A DNA stretch of 64,000 bases from a phage: sequence record PZ026127.1, one strand, 5' to 3'. Shown in pieces: positions 1 to 10,200 of the stretch. The notes under the pieces are model-generated. The model saw only the letters and a list, made by a program, of their open reading frames with translations, had not been told where the DNA came from and did not search any database. Position 1 is the first letter of the stretch; each line of letters starts with the position of its first letter. The position numbers and the translations under genes were made by a program.

Positions 1-148
1 TTATCGTGACGTTTATTATACAAGTTATGAAAGTGTTATCAATGCAATTCGTGAAGCTTATGGATTGGATTCGTTATCTCTTGACCGCCTGTATAATGCA
101 AGCCTTTACACCAGCGGATTTATTTTAGAACAGCTACAAAAATAGTTT
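1..148 (+). CDS. 3' end of an upstream early gene (partial; possibly denB/endonuclease IV by T4 synteny)
   Basis: Open frame from window edge to TAG near 146-148; sits immediately 5' of ndd as denB does in T4; no sequence-level recognition. Confidence 0.3.
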
Positions 149-173
149 ACAACCTCGAGAATCATGTTATAAT
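145..173 (+). promoter_or_regulatory. T4-type early promoter upstream of ndd
   Basis: GTTTAC, 17 nt, TATAAT. Confidence 0.6.
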
Positions 174-222
174 GGTTCTCGTTGACTGGATAACAAACCA
201 TTAATCTACTGAGGAAATTGAT

Positions 223-672
223 ATGAATACTTATATGACTCGCCGTAACGTTCTGTCTGCTGGTGCTACTACTGTTGCTTATGTTAAGAACGGTGAATAC
301 CAAAATGGTAAACCTTCTAAAGAAATCTCTGCTCAGCCAGGCTTCTACTTCTTTGTTAAAGGTGGAGCTGATTCTCGTGTCGTAGCGGCTCGTTTTTATG
401 TCGGTAATCAACGTTCGGCCCAAGGGCTCGACGGTATCGTGGCTAACATTCGTAAGAAACGTTCTCAATCAGCTCGCACTATGGCAGTGAACGGTGTTGT
501 GTATGAAGTTCTTTATGTACCGGCTTCTAAGATGAAACCTCTGACTACCGGTTTTGGTAAGGGTCAAATTGCAATGGCTTTCACTCGCAATCATAGTTCC
601 GACCTCCAGACACTGGAAGAAATGAACCGTATGTTGGCTGATAACTTTAAATTCATCCTGCAGGCTTACTAA
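223..672 (+). CDS. ndd: Ndd nucleoid disruption protein
   Basis: 149 aa; C-terminal [23 protein letters not shown]...[20 protein letters not shown] matches remembered T4 Ndd (151 aa); early promoter and RBS upstream. Confidence 0.85.
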   Translation: MNTYMTRRNVLSAGATTVAYVKNGEYQNGKPSKEISAQPGFYFFVKGGADSRVVAARFYVGNQRSAQGLDGIVANIRKKRSQSARTMAVNGVVYEVLYVPASKMKPLTTGFGKGQIAMAFTRNHSSDLQTLEEMNRMLADNFKFILQAY

Positions 673-845
673 TGAAATCTCTATTTGTAATGGGTTACCT
701 ATTAGTTTTAGCCTTATTCACATCGACCGGAGCCTTTATGGCTTTAGGTCTACCTCTTAATGATAATGTGGCTGTCGTTATGTGTGTAGGTGGTGGATTT
801 ATTTGTTTTGAACGTTTATGCAAAATGTGTGGTGTGTATGAGTAA
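672..845 (+). CDS. small hydrophobic membrane protein (57 aa), translationally coupled to ndd (TAATG)
   Basis: ATG overlaps ndd stop; hydrophobic [16 protein letters not shown]...; below ORF-track size cut-off, read by eye. Confidence 0.35.
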
Positions 846-915
846 TTTCCATAACGAACATGTGATGCAGTTCTATCGTAACAATCTTAAAACTAAAGGC
901 GTCTTCGGACGCTAA
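838..915 (+). CDS. stp: Stp peptide (suppressor of three-prime phosphatase; anti-restriction peptide that activates host PrrC)
   Basis: 25-aa [28 protein letters not shown], near-identical to remembered T4 Stp (26 aa); position between ndd and gene 52 as in T4. Confidence 0.8.
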
Positions 916-925
916 TGAGGAAAAT

Positions 926-1087
926 ATGGTTATCCTAGTTTTTATTGAACTTATTATGGCTATAGTCTGTTCAGTTTGCTTCTTTTTAGGTGTGTGGACC
1001 CCTGGTCCAATATTCTTAAGTTTTCTGCTTATTGGCTGGGTTCTTTCTACTTCTGTCGGTTTACTTAAGACGATTAAAAATGATTAA
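926..1087 (+). CDS. small membrane protein (53 aa)
   Basis: Hydrophobic ORF MVILVFIELIMAIVCSVCFFLGVW...; read by eye, not in ORF track. Confidence 0.3.
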   Translation: MVILVFIELIMAIVCSVCFFLGVWTPGPIFLSFLLIGWVLSTSVGLLKTIKND

Positions 1088-1220
1088 TAAAATCTTGGGC
1101 TACTCGTTAGCCCTTGCTGCTTTATTAGTAGCGCTGTATTATGGAGTAATGTTCGGACTTATCCAAGTTGTGCTTTTTATTTCCGATGTTATTATGGCTA
1201 TTCATTCACTAGTATGGTAA
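1032..1220 (+). CDS. small membrane protein (possible ac-like; alternative ATG start near 1080)
   Basis: 62-aa track ORF, hydrophobic; position directly upstream of gene 52 where T4 has ac; assignment by synteny only. Confidence 0.35.
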   Translation: MAGFFLLLSVYLRRLKMINKILGYSLALAALLVALYYGVMFGLIQVVLFISDVIMAIHSLVW

Positions 1221-1224
1221 AATT

Positions 1225-2553
1225 ATGGAATTAACATCTCGTGGTTTAAAAAGTATTATCGACAACGAAGCATTGGCTTATGCAATGTATACTGTCGAAA
1301 ACCGAGCCATTCCAAATATGATTGATGGCTTTAAACCTGTACAACGTTTTGTAGTTGCTCGTTGTCTTGATATGGCTCGTGGTAATAAAGAAAAATTCCA
1401 CAAACTAGCTTCTATTGCAGGTGGCGTAGCCGACCTTGGATATCACCACGGTGAAGGTTCTGCTCAGGAAGCTGGCGCTTTGATGGCTAACACGTGGAAT
1501 AACAACTATCCACTGTTAGATGGTCAGGGTAACTTTGGTTCCCGATTGGTTCAAAAAGCTGCGGCCTCTCGTTATATCTTTGCACGCATTGGAAGTAACT
1601 TTGCAAAAGTTTATAAGGACACAGAATATGCTCCGGTTCATGCTGATGTCGAACATAAGCCACCGGCTTTTTATCTGCCTATTATTCCTACTGTTCTTCT
1701 TAATGGCGTTTCCGGTATTGCAACTGGTTATGCAACTAATATTCTTCCTCATAGTTTTGATTCTGTTAAGAAAGCTGTATTGCAAGTTCTTCAGGAAAAA
1801 CGAGTAACCAAACCTAAAGTGGCTTATCCTGAATTCCGCGGTGATGTTGTTGAGATTGAACCAGGTAGTTATGAGATTCGTGGAACGTATAAGTTCACGT
1901 CTCGAACCCAAATGCATATCACAGAAATCCCATACAAATACGACCGTGAAACATATGTGGCCAAGATATTAGACCCTCTGGAAGAAAAAGGGTATATCAC
2001 ATATGATGATGACTGTGACGAGAACGGTTTCGGCTTCAAGGTTAAGATTCGTAAAGAATACGAATTGCCTACTGATGAAGATAAGAAGCATGAAAAAATC
2101 ATGAAGGACTTCGGGTTAATCGAACGTCGTTCACAAAACCTGACCGTCATTAATGAGAAAGGTAAACTTAAGGTTTACGAAGATGCAGTTGAACTGATTC
2201 GTGATTTCGTTGAGGTCCGTAAGACCTTTGTACAGAAACGTATTGATGGTAAAATCATCGAAACTGAAGAAGCTTTCAAACTGGCATTGGCTAAAGCCAC
2301 ATTTATCAAAGATGTTATTGATGGTGTAGTGGTTATCCAAGGTAAGACTCGTAAGGTTTTAACCGAAGAATTGGCCGGTAATAAAGTCTATGGCGAATAT
2401 GCCGATAAACTAGTGGCCATGAACATTTTCCATATCACTTCTGATGAAGCTAAGAAACTGGCTTTGGAAGCCAAGGCTAAGAAAGAAGAGCATCAATATT
2501 GGAAAACCACTGATGTGGTAACTGAGTATGTTAAAGATTTGGAGGCTCTATGA
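1225..2553 (+). CDS. 52: DNA topoisomerase II medium subunit
   Basis: 442 aa, same length as T4 gp52; topo II A-subunit-like N-terminus (IIDNEALAYAMYTVENRAIP...); followed by intrinsic terminator. Confidence 0.9.
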   Translation: MELTSRGLKSIIDNEALAYAMYTVENRAIPNMIDGFKPVQRFVVARCLDMARGNKEKFHKLASIAGGVADLGYHHGEGSAQEAGALMANTWNNNYPLLDGQGNFGSRLVQKAAASRYIFARIGSNFAKVYKDTEYAPVHADVEHKPPAFYLPIIPTVLLNGVSGIATGYATNILPHSFDSVKKAVLQVLQEKRVTKPKVAYPEFRGDVVEIEPGSYEIRGTYKFTSRTQMHITEIPYKYDRETYVAKILDPLEEKGYITYDDDCDENGFGFKVKIRKEYELPTDEDKKHEKIMKDFGLIERRSQNLTVINEKGKLKVYEDAVELIRDFVEVRKTFVQKRIDGKIIETEEAFKLALAKATFIKDVIDGVVVIQGKTRKVLTEELAGNKVYGEYADKLVAMNIFHITSDEAKKLALEAKAKKEEHQYWKTTDVVTEYVKDLEAL

Positions 2554-2652
2554 GCCTTGGAGTCGAGTTCTTGTTACTCTGTATCTTTGCTGTTATCCTA
2601 GGCCTGGCGACAGGCTTAGCTATAGGTTTAATAGCAGCCCACTTTAAAAAGT

Positions 2653-2677
2653 AAGGAACCTTCGGGTTCCTTTTTTT
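2653..2677 (+). terminator. intrinsic terminator after gene 52
   Basis: GGAACC-TTCG-GGTTCC stem-loop followed by T7. Confidence 0.7.
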
Positions 2678-2696
2678 GGGTTTAGTGCAAAAAAGT

Positions 2697-2728
2697 GTTT
2701 ACATCTGCTTTAAACATGATACTATAGA
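2697..2728 (+). promoter_or_regulatory. early promoter upstream of motA
   Basis: GTTTACA ... TGATACTATAGACC; member of repeated promoter family. Confidence 0.6.
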
Positions 2729-2763
2729 CCTATCAAATAAATGAACTGAAACGGAGATACAAA

Positions 2764-3399
2764 ATGTCTAAAATTACTTATATCATCAAAGCTTCTGAAG
2801 ACGTCCTGAATGAAAAAACTGCTTCGATCTTAGTACATATCATCAAGCATAACTTCATCACTTCAGGCGAAGTCCGTGAAGCCCTGAGTGAGCAATTTAG
2901 TGCAGCAGTGGTTAACTCTAACATCGGTGTATTGATTAAGAAAGGATTCATCGAAAAATCTGGTGACGGTTTAGTGGCTACAGGTGAAGCAATGGACCTG
3001 GTTCAAAAAGCTGCCGACCTGTTCGCTTCTGAAAATGCTCCAGAGATGTTGGAAAAACGTAAAACGCGTAGTTCACGTGGTGTTACTCCTGAAATGGTAA
3101 CACTGGCTGATGAAGTTAAAGCTTTATTAGAAGACCGTATCGAGATTCGTGAAATTGCTGAAAACCGTAGCAACCTTGAAGTTCGATTCGCTAAACGTAC
3201 CAATGGTATTCGTCAAATTGAAGTCCGTCGTGATGGAATGATGCGTATCTTCGGTTATAATATGACTGATAAAGAAAAACAAGTGTTTACTTCCTTGAAT
3301 CTTGATGTTAAGATTAAGACTGGTGGTAAGAATACTTATATCGACTTCCAAAACGTATCATCTGAAGTTATCAAAACCGTAACCAACGCAATTATCTGA
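2764..3399 (+). CDS. motA: MotA middle-transcription activator
   Basis: 211 aa (T4 MotA 211 aa); N-terminus MSKITYIIKAS.DVLNEKTA and ...SNIGVLIKKG..EKSGDGL match remembered T4 MotA; own early promoter. Confidence 0.85.
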   Translation: MSKITYIIKASEDVLNEKTASILVHIIKHNFITSGEVREALSEQFSAAVVNSNIGVLIKKGFIEKSGDGLVATGEAMDLVQKAADLFASENAPEMLEKRKTRSSRGVTPEMVTLADEVKALLEDRIEIREIAENRSNLEVRFAKRTNGIRQIEVRRDGMMRIFGYNMTDKEKQVFTSLNLDVKIKTGGKNTYIDFQNVSSEVIKTVTNAII

Positions 3400-3413
3400 C
3401 TGAGGAAATTATT

Positions 3414-3743
3414 ATGAACAAGCTGAATATTGTTAATGAACTTCGTCGTTGTGCAGAACCTACTCAAGAAGGTTGGGATATTTGGTACCACGGTGCTTAC
3501 CTCGGCACTATTGTTAAGATTAAAGCAGGTAAATACTTAATCATCCGTGGTGGTTCTGAAGCTTCTATGGGTATTCGCAAAAACTTTATGGCAGCAATCA
3601 GCACCTTTGTTCCGGCGGCCTACGAAGTTTATAAAGCGGACTACAAAGAATACCAGGAATCACAGCCGGTTATTCGTTCAATTGGTGTTAATAAAGCTCA
3701 ACAGAAAACTTTATGGCAACGTGTTAAAGGATGGTTCAAATGA
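3414..3743 (+). CDS. hypothetical early protein
   Basis: 109-aa ORF with RBS GAGGAAA; motA-asiA accessory region. Confidence 0.5.
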   Translation: MNKLNIVNELRRCAEPTQEGWDIWYHGAYLGTIVKIKAGKYLIIRGGSEASMGIRKNFMAAISTFVPAAYEVYKADYKEYQESQPVIRSIGVNKAQQKTLWQRVKGWFK

Positions 3744-4078
3744 TTCCGATGGAACTTGACTGGGACGGCGAAGGCCATTCCCTTAAATTAATCGAAGAGC
3801 AGCGTAATGATTGGGACGAGCGTGTAGCTCTGGTAAACGGTATTAAGAAAATTTATCAACTCAATCTCCAGATTGATAACGTTCATCTTGAATTTGGTAT
3901 GCAGTTATTACGATTTCTTGAGATTATTTTTATTGAAAAGGTAAATATAACTTCGTATGGCGAGGGCCAAACAGTTGATATTAAATTATCATCCTATTAT
4001 AAAGGTGATTTAATTGAAACTGCCACCAAAATTCAAGAATTTGCTAAAGATAATGGCCATAAGGTGATTTTCAAATGA
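3740..4078 (+). CDS. hypothetical early protein
   Basis: ATGA overlap with upstream ORF; track ORF trimmed to internal ATG. Confidence 0.45.
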   Translation: MIPMELDWDGEGHSLKLIEEQRNDWDERVALVNGIKKIYQLNLQIDNVHLEFGMQLLRFLEIIFIEKVNITSYGEGQTVDIKLSSYYKGDLIETATKIQEFAKDNGHKVIFK

Positions 4079-4563
4079 ATCCATTAAAAGCTAAAGAATT
4101 ATCCTTTAAACACCGTCTGGCTTTATTAGATAAAGCACTTTCTCGTGAGACGCCCGAAAGTCTAGCAGCTAAATTACAGGCCTATGGCGACTACACCGAA
4201 TATACGGAAGAGGATGTTCTGGAAGAGGTTCCTGAAATCTGTTGGCAGATTGCTCATTGGAACAACAATGAAAAATATCAGCGTCGGATTGTGTGTGCAG
4301 CCAACCGCTTTAAGTTAAAAGACGGTGGGACTCTGGTTATTCCTGGTGCTCGTCATTATTCTAAAGATATGGCTGAAGTTCTCGACCAGGTAAGTGATAA
4401 ACTTGTATCAGACCATGTTTGTGGTGATGACCAAGGATTTATTGACCAATATTCAAACTATTGGACTCGCGAAGAAGCAATGATTATTGCAACTTATGCT
4501 AATCAAGTTCGTATTGAACGTGGCGGTAGTGAAAAAGAACTTTACTCTGAGGACCTTTACTAA
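4075..4563 (+). CDS. hypothetical early protein
   Basis: 162 aa; ATGA coupling; RBS AAGGTGA. Confidence 0.5.
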   Translation: MNPLKAKELSFKHRLALLDKALSRETPESLAAKLQAYGDYTEYTEEDVLEEVPEICWQIAHWNNNEKYQRRIVCAANRFKLKDGGTLVIPGARHYSKDMAEVLDQVSDKLVSDHVCGDDQGFIDQYSNYWTREEAMIIATYANQVRIERGGSEKELYSEDLY

Positions 4564-4844
4564 TGAATCTTAAACAACTCCAAATTGATGCAATCGAAGC
4601 CCATATTAATCATGTTAAACGTCTGAATGTCATGGTGGAAGATAATTGGGGAACTTATGTGAACCAACCAGCTTGGGATGCCTTAGACCATGAATATATA
4701 AAGAATATTAGTTCTAAGACAATCCATGGTAATATGGAAGGGTTGAAGCCGTTCCTACGTGATATGTATATTGCAACTAATAAAGAAATTATCAGCTCTC
4801 TTGAATATCAATTAAGGAAATTACGTGAACAATCTGGTAGCTAA
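4563..4844 (+). CDS. hypothetical early protein
   Basis: 93 aa; TAATG coupling. Confidence 0.5.
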   Translation: MNLKQLQIDAIEAHINHVKRLNVMVEDNWGTYVNQPAWDALDHEYIKNISSKTIHGNMEGLKPFLRDMYIATNKEIISSLEYQLRKLREQSGS

Positions 4845-4933
4845 GCACGATTTCAATAAGGCTTCTGTCCATAAGGACAAGAAGAAAAATCTTAAAGAGT
4901 CTAAACGTAAGCAGAAACATAAGGGTAAAGGCT

Positions 4934-5218
4934 ATGATTACTAAGCTCCACACACATAAAGTAACGGAACTGGTTATTCTCATCGATGAGCTTTTTAAAA
5001 TCTATGCTTCTGTACCAGCGGAAATCTTTACAGAAATTCTTTGCGATTTGGATAGTAGCTTTGCCTATATCCAGCCAGAATACGTCATTCAGTTCTTTGG
5101 TGAACGTCCCGGTTATGCTAAAGTAGTTTTTGGCCCCGGATTAGATGAAGAACAAGTTTTAAGAGAAATCCAAGAAGAAATTGATGACTTTGGATTAGAA
5201 GATTACATTGAGGAATAA
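4934..5218 (+). CDS. hypothetical acidic protein (position compatible with an Arn-like gene)
   Basis: 94 aa, highly acidic C-terminus (EEIDDFGLEDYIEE); only positional resemblance to T4 arn. Confidence 0.4.
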   Translation: MITKLHTHKVTELVILIDELFKIYASVPAEIFTEILCDLDSSFAYIQPEYVIQFFGERPGYAKVVFGPGLDEEQVLREIQEEIDDFGLEDYIEE

Positions 5219-5220
5219 TT

Positions 5221-5379
5221 ATGAGTCATAACTTAGAGAATACCGTAACAGGCATGCGTACACGTGAGCAGGAGTGCTTTGAGGAATTCCTGGGAGCTGA
5301 TTTTAAGTTCCAGGAACCAATAGAAGAGATGTATCAGGAATATGTTAAAAAGAACGAAGGACATGTTTACAATCCCTAA
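5221..5379 (+). CDS. small hypothetical protein (52 aa)
   Basis: ORF read by eye, RBS GAGGAA upstream; below track cut-off. Confidence 0.3.
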   Translation: MSHNLENTVTGMRTREQECFEEFLGADFKFQEPIEEMYQEYVKKNEGHVYNP

Positions 5380-5395
5380 GGATATGTTAGTATAG
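5365..5395 (+). promoter_or_regulatory. early promoter upstream of asiA
   Basis: GTTTAC, 17 nt, TAGTAT. Confidence 0.5.
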
Positions 5396-5434
5396 CCATA
5401 TCAGATAATGTCGTACTGAATTGAAGAGAATATT

Positions 5435-5710
5435 ATGACTAAAATTGAAATCGTTTCCGAAATTGCCACTATTGTTTCCATTTTGATTAAAACGGATTGT
5501 GAAGACATCATGCAACGTCGTGATGAGTTTATTGCCTTTTTGAATGAGTTAGGTATTCGTAATGAACATGGAAAGGAACTTAATGGTTTGTCTTATAACA
5601 AATTATTTAAGTCTTTAACTGAAGATGAGCGTGAAACTCTTATTGAGCAATTTAATGAAGGGTATGAAGATATACACCGTTATTTAATGATGTATACCTC
5701 CAATTTCTAA
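5435..5710 (+). CDS. asiA: AsiA anti-sigma70 factor
   Basis: 91 aa (T4 AsiA 90 aa); VSILIK...FIAFLNE.G...LIEQFNEGYE...RYL.MYT matches remembered AsiA. Confidence 0.85.
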   Translation: MTKIEIVSEIATIVSILIKTDCEDIMQRRDEFIAFLNELGIRNEHGKELNGLSYNKLFKSLTEDERETLIEQFNEGYEDIHRYLMMYTSNF

Positions 5711-6360
5711 CGTGTTCGACCTAATGTCCTCCCGGCTTGACCACACATAGACGAAAGTCTAGGAAATCCTAAATCCGGTTTGATATCATACCAGTACAAC
5801 GATATCGAGCCGGCGTAGACGTTATCCAAATTAAAAAACGGGCATGAAAACATATACGTGAATTGTGTTTTCTTCTTTGTAGGGAGAAACACTGATTCAG
5901 TACTTGATTCAAAATAGTTCCCGTTAACTCCCGCCATATATTCTACTGACGTTTTGTCAATTGGAAACCCTCCCGTGTTTTTTGCGTCTACCGTTTCCGG
6001 TAATTTACCCTCGTAAGCCACCATATCCACAAAATAATTCATGTTGGTTGGTCTAAAAGAATATATTGCTGTGAAGTCTGCGCCTGAAGAAGAATGCACT
6101 ATTCGGAGCTGCTCGATAGCCGCAATTTTAAATCTATTGTCCTGGTCTTGTCTAATCATTTCAGTATAAGAGGCATAAGTTGTCTCTTTGTAAAAGTTTA
6201 GAATATACTCGCCTTTATACCAAACCAATGCCATAAAGAACAATAATATTACGACTAGGACCCGGGAAAAAACAACTTTCCCGGAAGAAGTATCTTTAAA
6301 AATTCTATCAAGAAGTCCAAAAAGTAGGTCTGATAATGATATTCCTACTTTTGGTTCCAT
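5707..6360 (-). CDS. t: holin T
   Basis: 217 aa (T4 T 218 aa); LSDLLFGLLDRIFKD..GKV..SRV.VVILLFFMA.VWY and C-terminal SMCGQAGRTLGR match T4 holin; late promoter and RBS upstream. Confidence 0.9.
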   Translation of the reverse strand: MEPKVGISLSDLLFGLLDRIFKDTSSGKVVFSRVLVVILLFFMALVWYKGEYILNFYKETTYASYTEMIRQDQDNRFKIAAIEQLRIVHSSSGADFTAIYSFRPTNMNYFVDMVAYEGKLPETVDAKNTGGFPIDKTSVEYMAGVNGNYFESSTESVFLPTKKKTQFTYMFSCPFFNLDNVYAGSISLYWYDIKPDLGFPRLSSMCGQAGRTLGRTR

Positions 6361-6378
6361 ACTTTTCTCCTTTAAAGA

Positions 6379-6386
6379 TATTTATA
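6379..6386 (-). promoter_or_regulatory. late promoter of holin t
   Basis: TATAAATA on minus strand about 20 nt upstream of t start. Confidence 0.6.
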
Positions 6387-6391
6387 AATTC

Positions 6392-7189
6392 TTAACTAAG
6401 CCAAGGGCCGTAAATCGTACCGGTCGCGCCCCATGCAGGAGCAGAAACGGCAACAGCAGCTCCAGAACCGCCCGCTGCCCCAACTTTAAGAACTTTACCA
6501 CCATCATTCCATGCGTTCTGGCCTGCGGCGCCAGCATCACCGCCATGACCTGAGTGGGCGTTACCATAATTGTATCCACCGCCAGGGCTTTCATAAGAAG
6601 CACCACCACCGGAGTATCCACCACCGCCACCAGGACCAAATGGACGTCCACCACCACCACCGATATCTTGCCAGTTAGCACCTGAGTGAGGACGATACGC
6701 AATGCCACCACCGCCACCACCACCGCCACAGATAACCCCATAGTTCCAAATACGTAGTCTATGACCTATATGGTTGACTATACAATCACCGCCCCATTGA
6801 CCGTTACCGTCGCCACCTGAATGGGTCCACCCACCGTGGCCGCCTCGGCCCCACATATGCACGCCTCCATGAATAGTCAAATTGACATATTCATTAGGTG
6901 TGTCGGCATTCATAAAGAACAATGGAACATTACGGTCGTAAGATACTATATCGCCTGTGATATTAAACACAATAGGTGCGCTGCCTGCTTCAAAACAGCG
7001 GTCGCGGAACCACTGGCCATTAAAATTATGGTTTGCTGTTATGGTGTGAATTACTTCAACAGACCGACCGTTCATATTACTCATCCAAAATGGGACACCC
7101 ATTCTTAATCTTACAGCGGCTCCTGCCATCCAAGGGTCTCCTGTCTGCGCCCTTGCAGAAGTTCCTATCCACGGTCCTGCTACTGCCAT
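6392..7189 (-). CDS. 38: long tail fibre tip adhesin gp38 (T2/T6-type, glycine-rich motifs)
   Basis: Poly-glycine motifs ([23 protein letters not shown]) separating variable segments in C-terminal half; ATG with GGAGG RBS; track ORF begins at upstream TTG (7201). Confidence 0.8.
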   Translation of the reverse strand: MAVAGPWIGTSARAQTGDPWMAGAAVRLRMGVPFWMSNMNGRSVEVIHTITANHNFNGQWFRDRCFEAGSAPIVFNITGDIVSYDRNVPLFFMNADTPNEYVNLTIHGGVHMWGRGGHGGWTHSGGDGNGQWGGDCIVNHIGHRLRIWNYGVICGGGGGGGGIAYRPHSGANWQDIGGGGGRPFGPGGGGGYSGGGASYESPGGGYNYGNAHSGHGGDAGAAGQNAWNDGGKVLKVGAAGGSGAAVAVSAPAWGATGTIYGPWLS

Positions 7190-7220
7190 ATAAACCTCCA
7201 AGGGGCCGAAGCCCCTCTTA

Positions 7221-10200
7221 TTATTTTAACAATGATTTAATTAATGCTTTAAGTTCTTCAATCTCTGATTTCAATTCTGCTATTTCTGCAGTGTGCTCAT
7301 TGATTGCAGCTGTATTTAAACCAATTACACCGTTATAGTTCAAACGAAGTAAAGCTTCACCATCAGGGTCGCCTTCAACCAATTCAGGTAAAATAGCTTG
7401 AACTTCTTGAGCAATTAAACCAGCGTTAGGTTCCCATTTCTGATTACCTTCTTCATCCAGGCCACGTTTCTGCATATAAGTGTAGCCGTTAATTTTAGAA
7501 AGCTTCTCAGAAGCATTTTCAAATTTAACAAGGTCTTTTTTAACACGAATATCAGAACGAACATAAACGTCACGGACAAATGTTGAATAGGCATCGCTTT
7601 GTTGGATTAAATGACCAAAAGAAATAATAGCTCTTCCTGTTTCAGTCCACAAAGCACCAGTGGTATCCCAAAGACCTTCATGGATATGGTAAGAACTAGA
7701 CCATGAAGCAATATGCATACCATTGGCAACCATATTGATTCGGCCGTCACCACCATGCGATAATCCTGTGTCGTTATCACCAATAGCAATACTAGGAGAG
7801 CCTAATCCATTAACAGTACCAACACCAATTGCAGGAGTCTGGACTAAAGACGGGGCGTAAAATAAACCACTAGAGTGGAATTCGAAAATACCTGCAGGAT
7901 CGTTGCCATTTTCCTGGTTACCAACACGGATAATAGCTTGGGCCCATGTATTAGTAATACGACGCATACCGAAATCAACACCCGATACATATCCTTCATT
8001 AGTAATACCAGATTTTCCTTTGATAATCGGATAATAACTATCATTACCAACATTACCAAAATCTACAAACACCGGAGCTTCTTGCTTCCATTGGTTTCCC
8101 CAATCGCCAGCCTGGTGCGCAGCCCATTGTGTACCCTTTATATAAAGACGGTCCTTATTAAAATAAAAAGTATCCGACCCTTGAGGAGCTAAACCAATTT
8201 CCCCACTATTATGAATATTAAAACCTGAATTAGTTTGGAAACTATAAAACGATAAGGCATTATCAGCGCCGCCATTACCTACATACCAGTTATTAACGCC
8301 GGCTTTTTGCCCTTTAACATAACCGGATTCGGTTGCAGCACTGTTAATAACAATAGCATCCGAGTTTGCATTAAGAGTTAAGCGGCCGGTCATCGTGTCG
8401 CCTTCTTTAGAAACACGGCTATAGACAGCACCAAGAAGATTGGTTACATCACCGGCAGAAGTAAACGTTTTCCAGATATCAGACCAGATGTTACCATTTT
8501 TGCTAATAGTAGCTTCACCACCGCCAACCTGCACGTTATCCGGGAAATTAACTGTACCATCAGCATTAAATCTTGATGTATGACCTTGGGTCCCGTCTTC
8601 TTTGTAATGATGCAAAACAAAAGTCCCGGAATTAATTTCAGTACCTAAAGACCAAACAGCTTTTCCTTGTAAGAATTTCTGCTTAACAATAGGATAATAT
8701 TTACTTACCGCGTCATCATCAATTTCTTGGAAAACAGGAGCTGCTTGTGCATATTGAATATCGTAACCGCCTGCACCTGCACCATGTCCACCGAATTTAA
8801 TATAGCCGTTCGCAGTGATCGTATTGTATCTTGACTGTAAATCTGGAATACTTACTTTACCGGTATCTAAAGCCATACTAAATGGGCGAAGTGGTCCGAT
8901 ATCACCGGACATGCCTTCACCGAATGCAGTAGGAATAATATGAAGACTTCCTTCCGAACGTCTAAAAATGACCCCGTAATCGTTGTTCCAGATGCGGAGC
9001 CCGTTAACAGCATTTGTAGTAATTTCGCCTGCGGTATGGACCGCTCTATCAACCAAAATATCTTTTTTAACAACAAGATTTTCGTTAATAGTTTGTTGTC
9101 CATTTAATACGGCCTCAACGGTATTATCTTTATTGCGCTGGATATAATGCATCCAACTTACGGCATCAGATATTTCCATCACGTTTTTACGGGTGCCGCC
9201 TACTGTATTAAATGTGTTACCCCATACGGCAATAGACATATTATCAACAGAGCTCTGACCAGTGGTATAACCTTTAAAAAGCAAAACTGAGTTGTTATTT
9301 CGGCCATCAATATTAACCGAACCACCAACAACATCAATATTACCAGGAGTAACTAACAAACCACCAGCGGTGTTAACGTTTGTAGTACCCTTACCACGGA
9401 AATAGTGGTGATAATTACCGCCTTGATAATACCCTAAAAGAGTTTGTCCGTCGCCGTAAGCATTATTATCATGATAAGTGACAACTGTAGCCAAAGCATA
9501 GTTTTCCGACGGAGGTGTTGTCATAAGAACCCCGTCCGGAGAATAACCCATAACCATTTTTCTAAGGCTTTGTGTTTCCGTAGGTCCGTAAATGAAAGTT
9601 CTTGTTCCGTTGTTTACTGTATGGAAATATCCATCCTGATGCCATTTTAACCCGGTGTCATTATCACCAAGAGCAATTGAAGCAGTTCCTAATTCAGAAT
9701 ATCCTTTAGAGTTACCTGGGGTGCCTACAGAAATAGAATGACCGGCTTTCAATCCACCAGACCAAGTAAATGACCAAAGATAGGCGTCTAATCCATCTCC
9801 AGCATACCAGGTTATCCCGTCATTATCTTTAACTTCATGGAAAATGCTCGAACTAACTGCATTTCGCATAACACGGAGATGGTTAATAGCTGTTTCACTT
9901 TCTGCCAATGGGCTATTATCGGCCATTGAATAGATATCATAATCGCCTATCTTCTTCCCGTTTGTAATAACTTTATCGGTCAGAATTTGTGGAGATGAAA
10001 TAGATTTCCATGCTGATACTTCAGGTGAAGTAAATAGTCCACTGCCTGAAAATGCATAAGTGCTTTCGCTTCCTGCAGCATAATCTTGAACGCGAATATT
10101 AACTACTTGATTGGTCAAACCCGCATTGTTAGGAGAAAAGATAATACCACGCTCACGGTCATCGCCATCAAAGAAACGAAGATGAGAAGTTGAGGCGCTC

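Noticed and set aside
1516-1917. Antisense and alternative-frame ORFs inside large genes (1516-1917 and 1520-1807 in gene 52; 12951-14874 series in gene 34; 49599-50426 in gene 29; 44733-45204 in alt paralog 3)
   Set aside because: All are embedded in genes with strong homology support, lack RBS/promoter context and have low-complexity composition typical of spurious ORFs in AT-rich DNA.
6382-6741. 119-aa Val-rich ORF on the minus strand overlapping gp38
   Set aside because: It is an alternative frame of the GGT/GGC-rich poly-glycine coding region of gp38 and is entirely contained in a well-supported gene; a frame artefact.
7190-7201. N-terminal extensions in the ORF track (7201 for gene 38, 52952 for gene 51, 17430 for dsbA, 37110 for the NADAR gene, 51071 for gene 28)
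   Set aside because: These track starts are TTG/GTG codons or lack an RBS; internal ATG codons with Shine-Dalgarno sequences and T4-like protein lengths were preferred.
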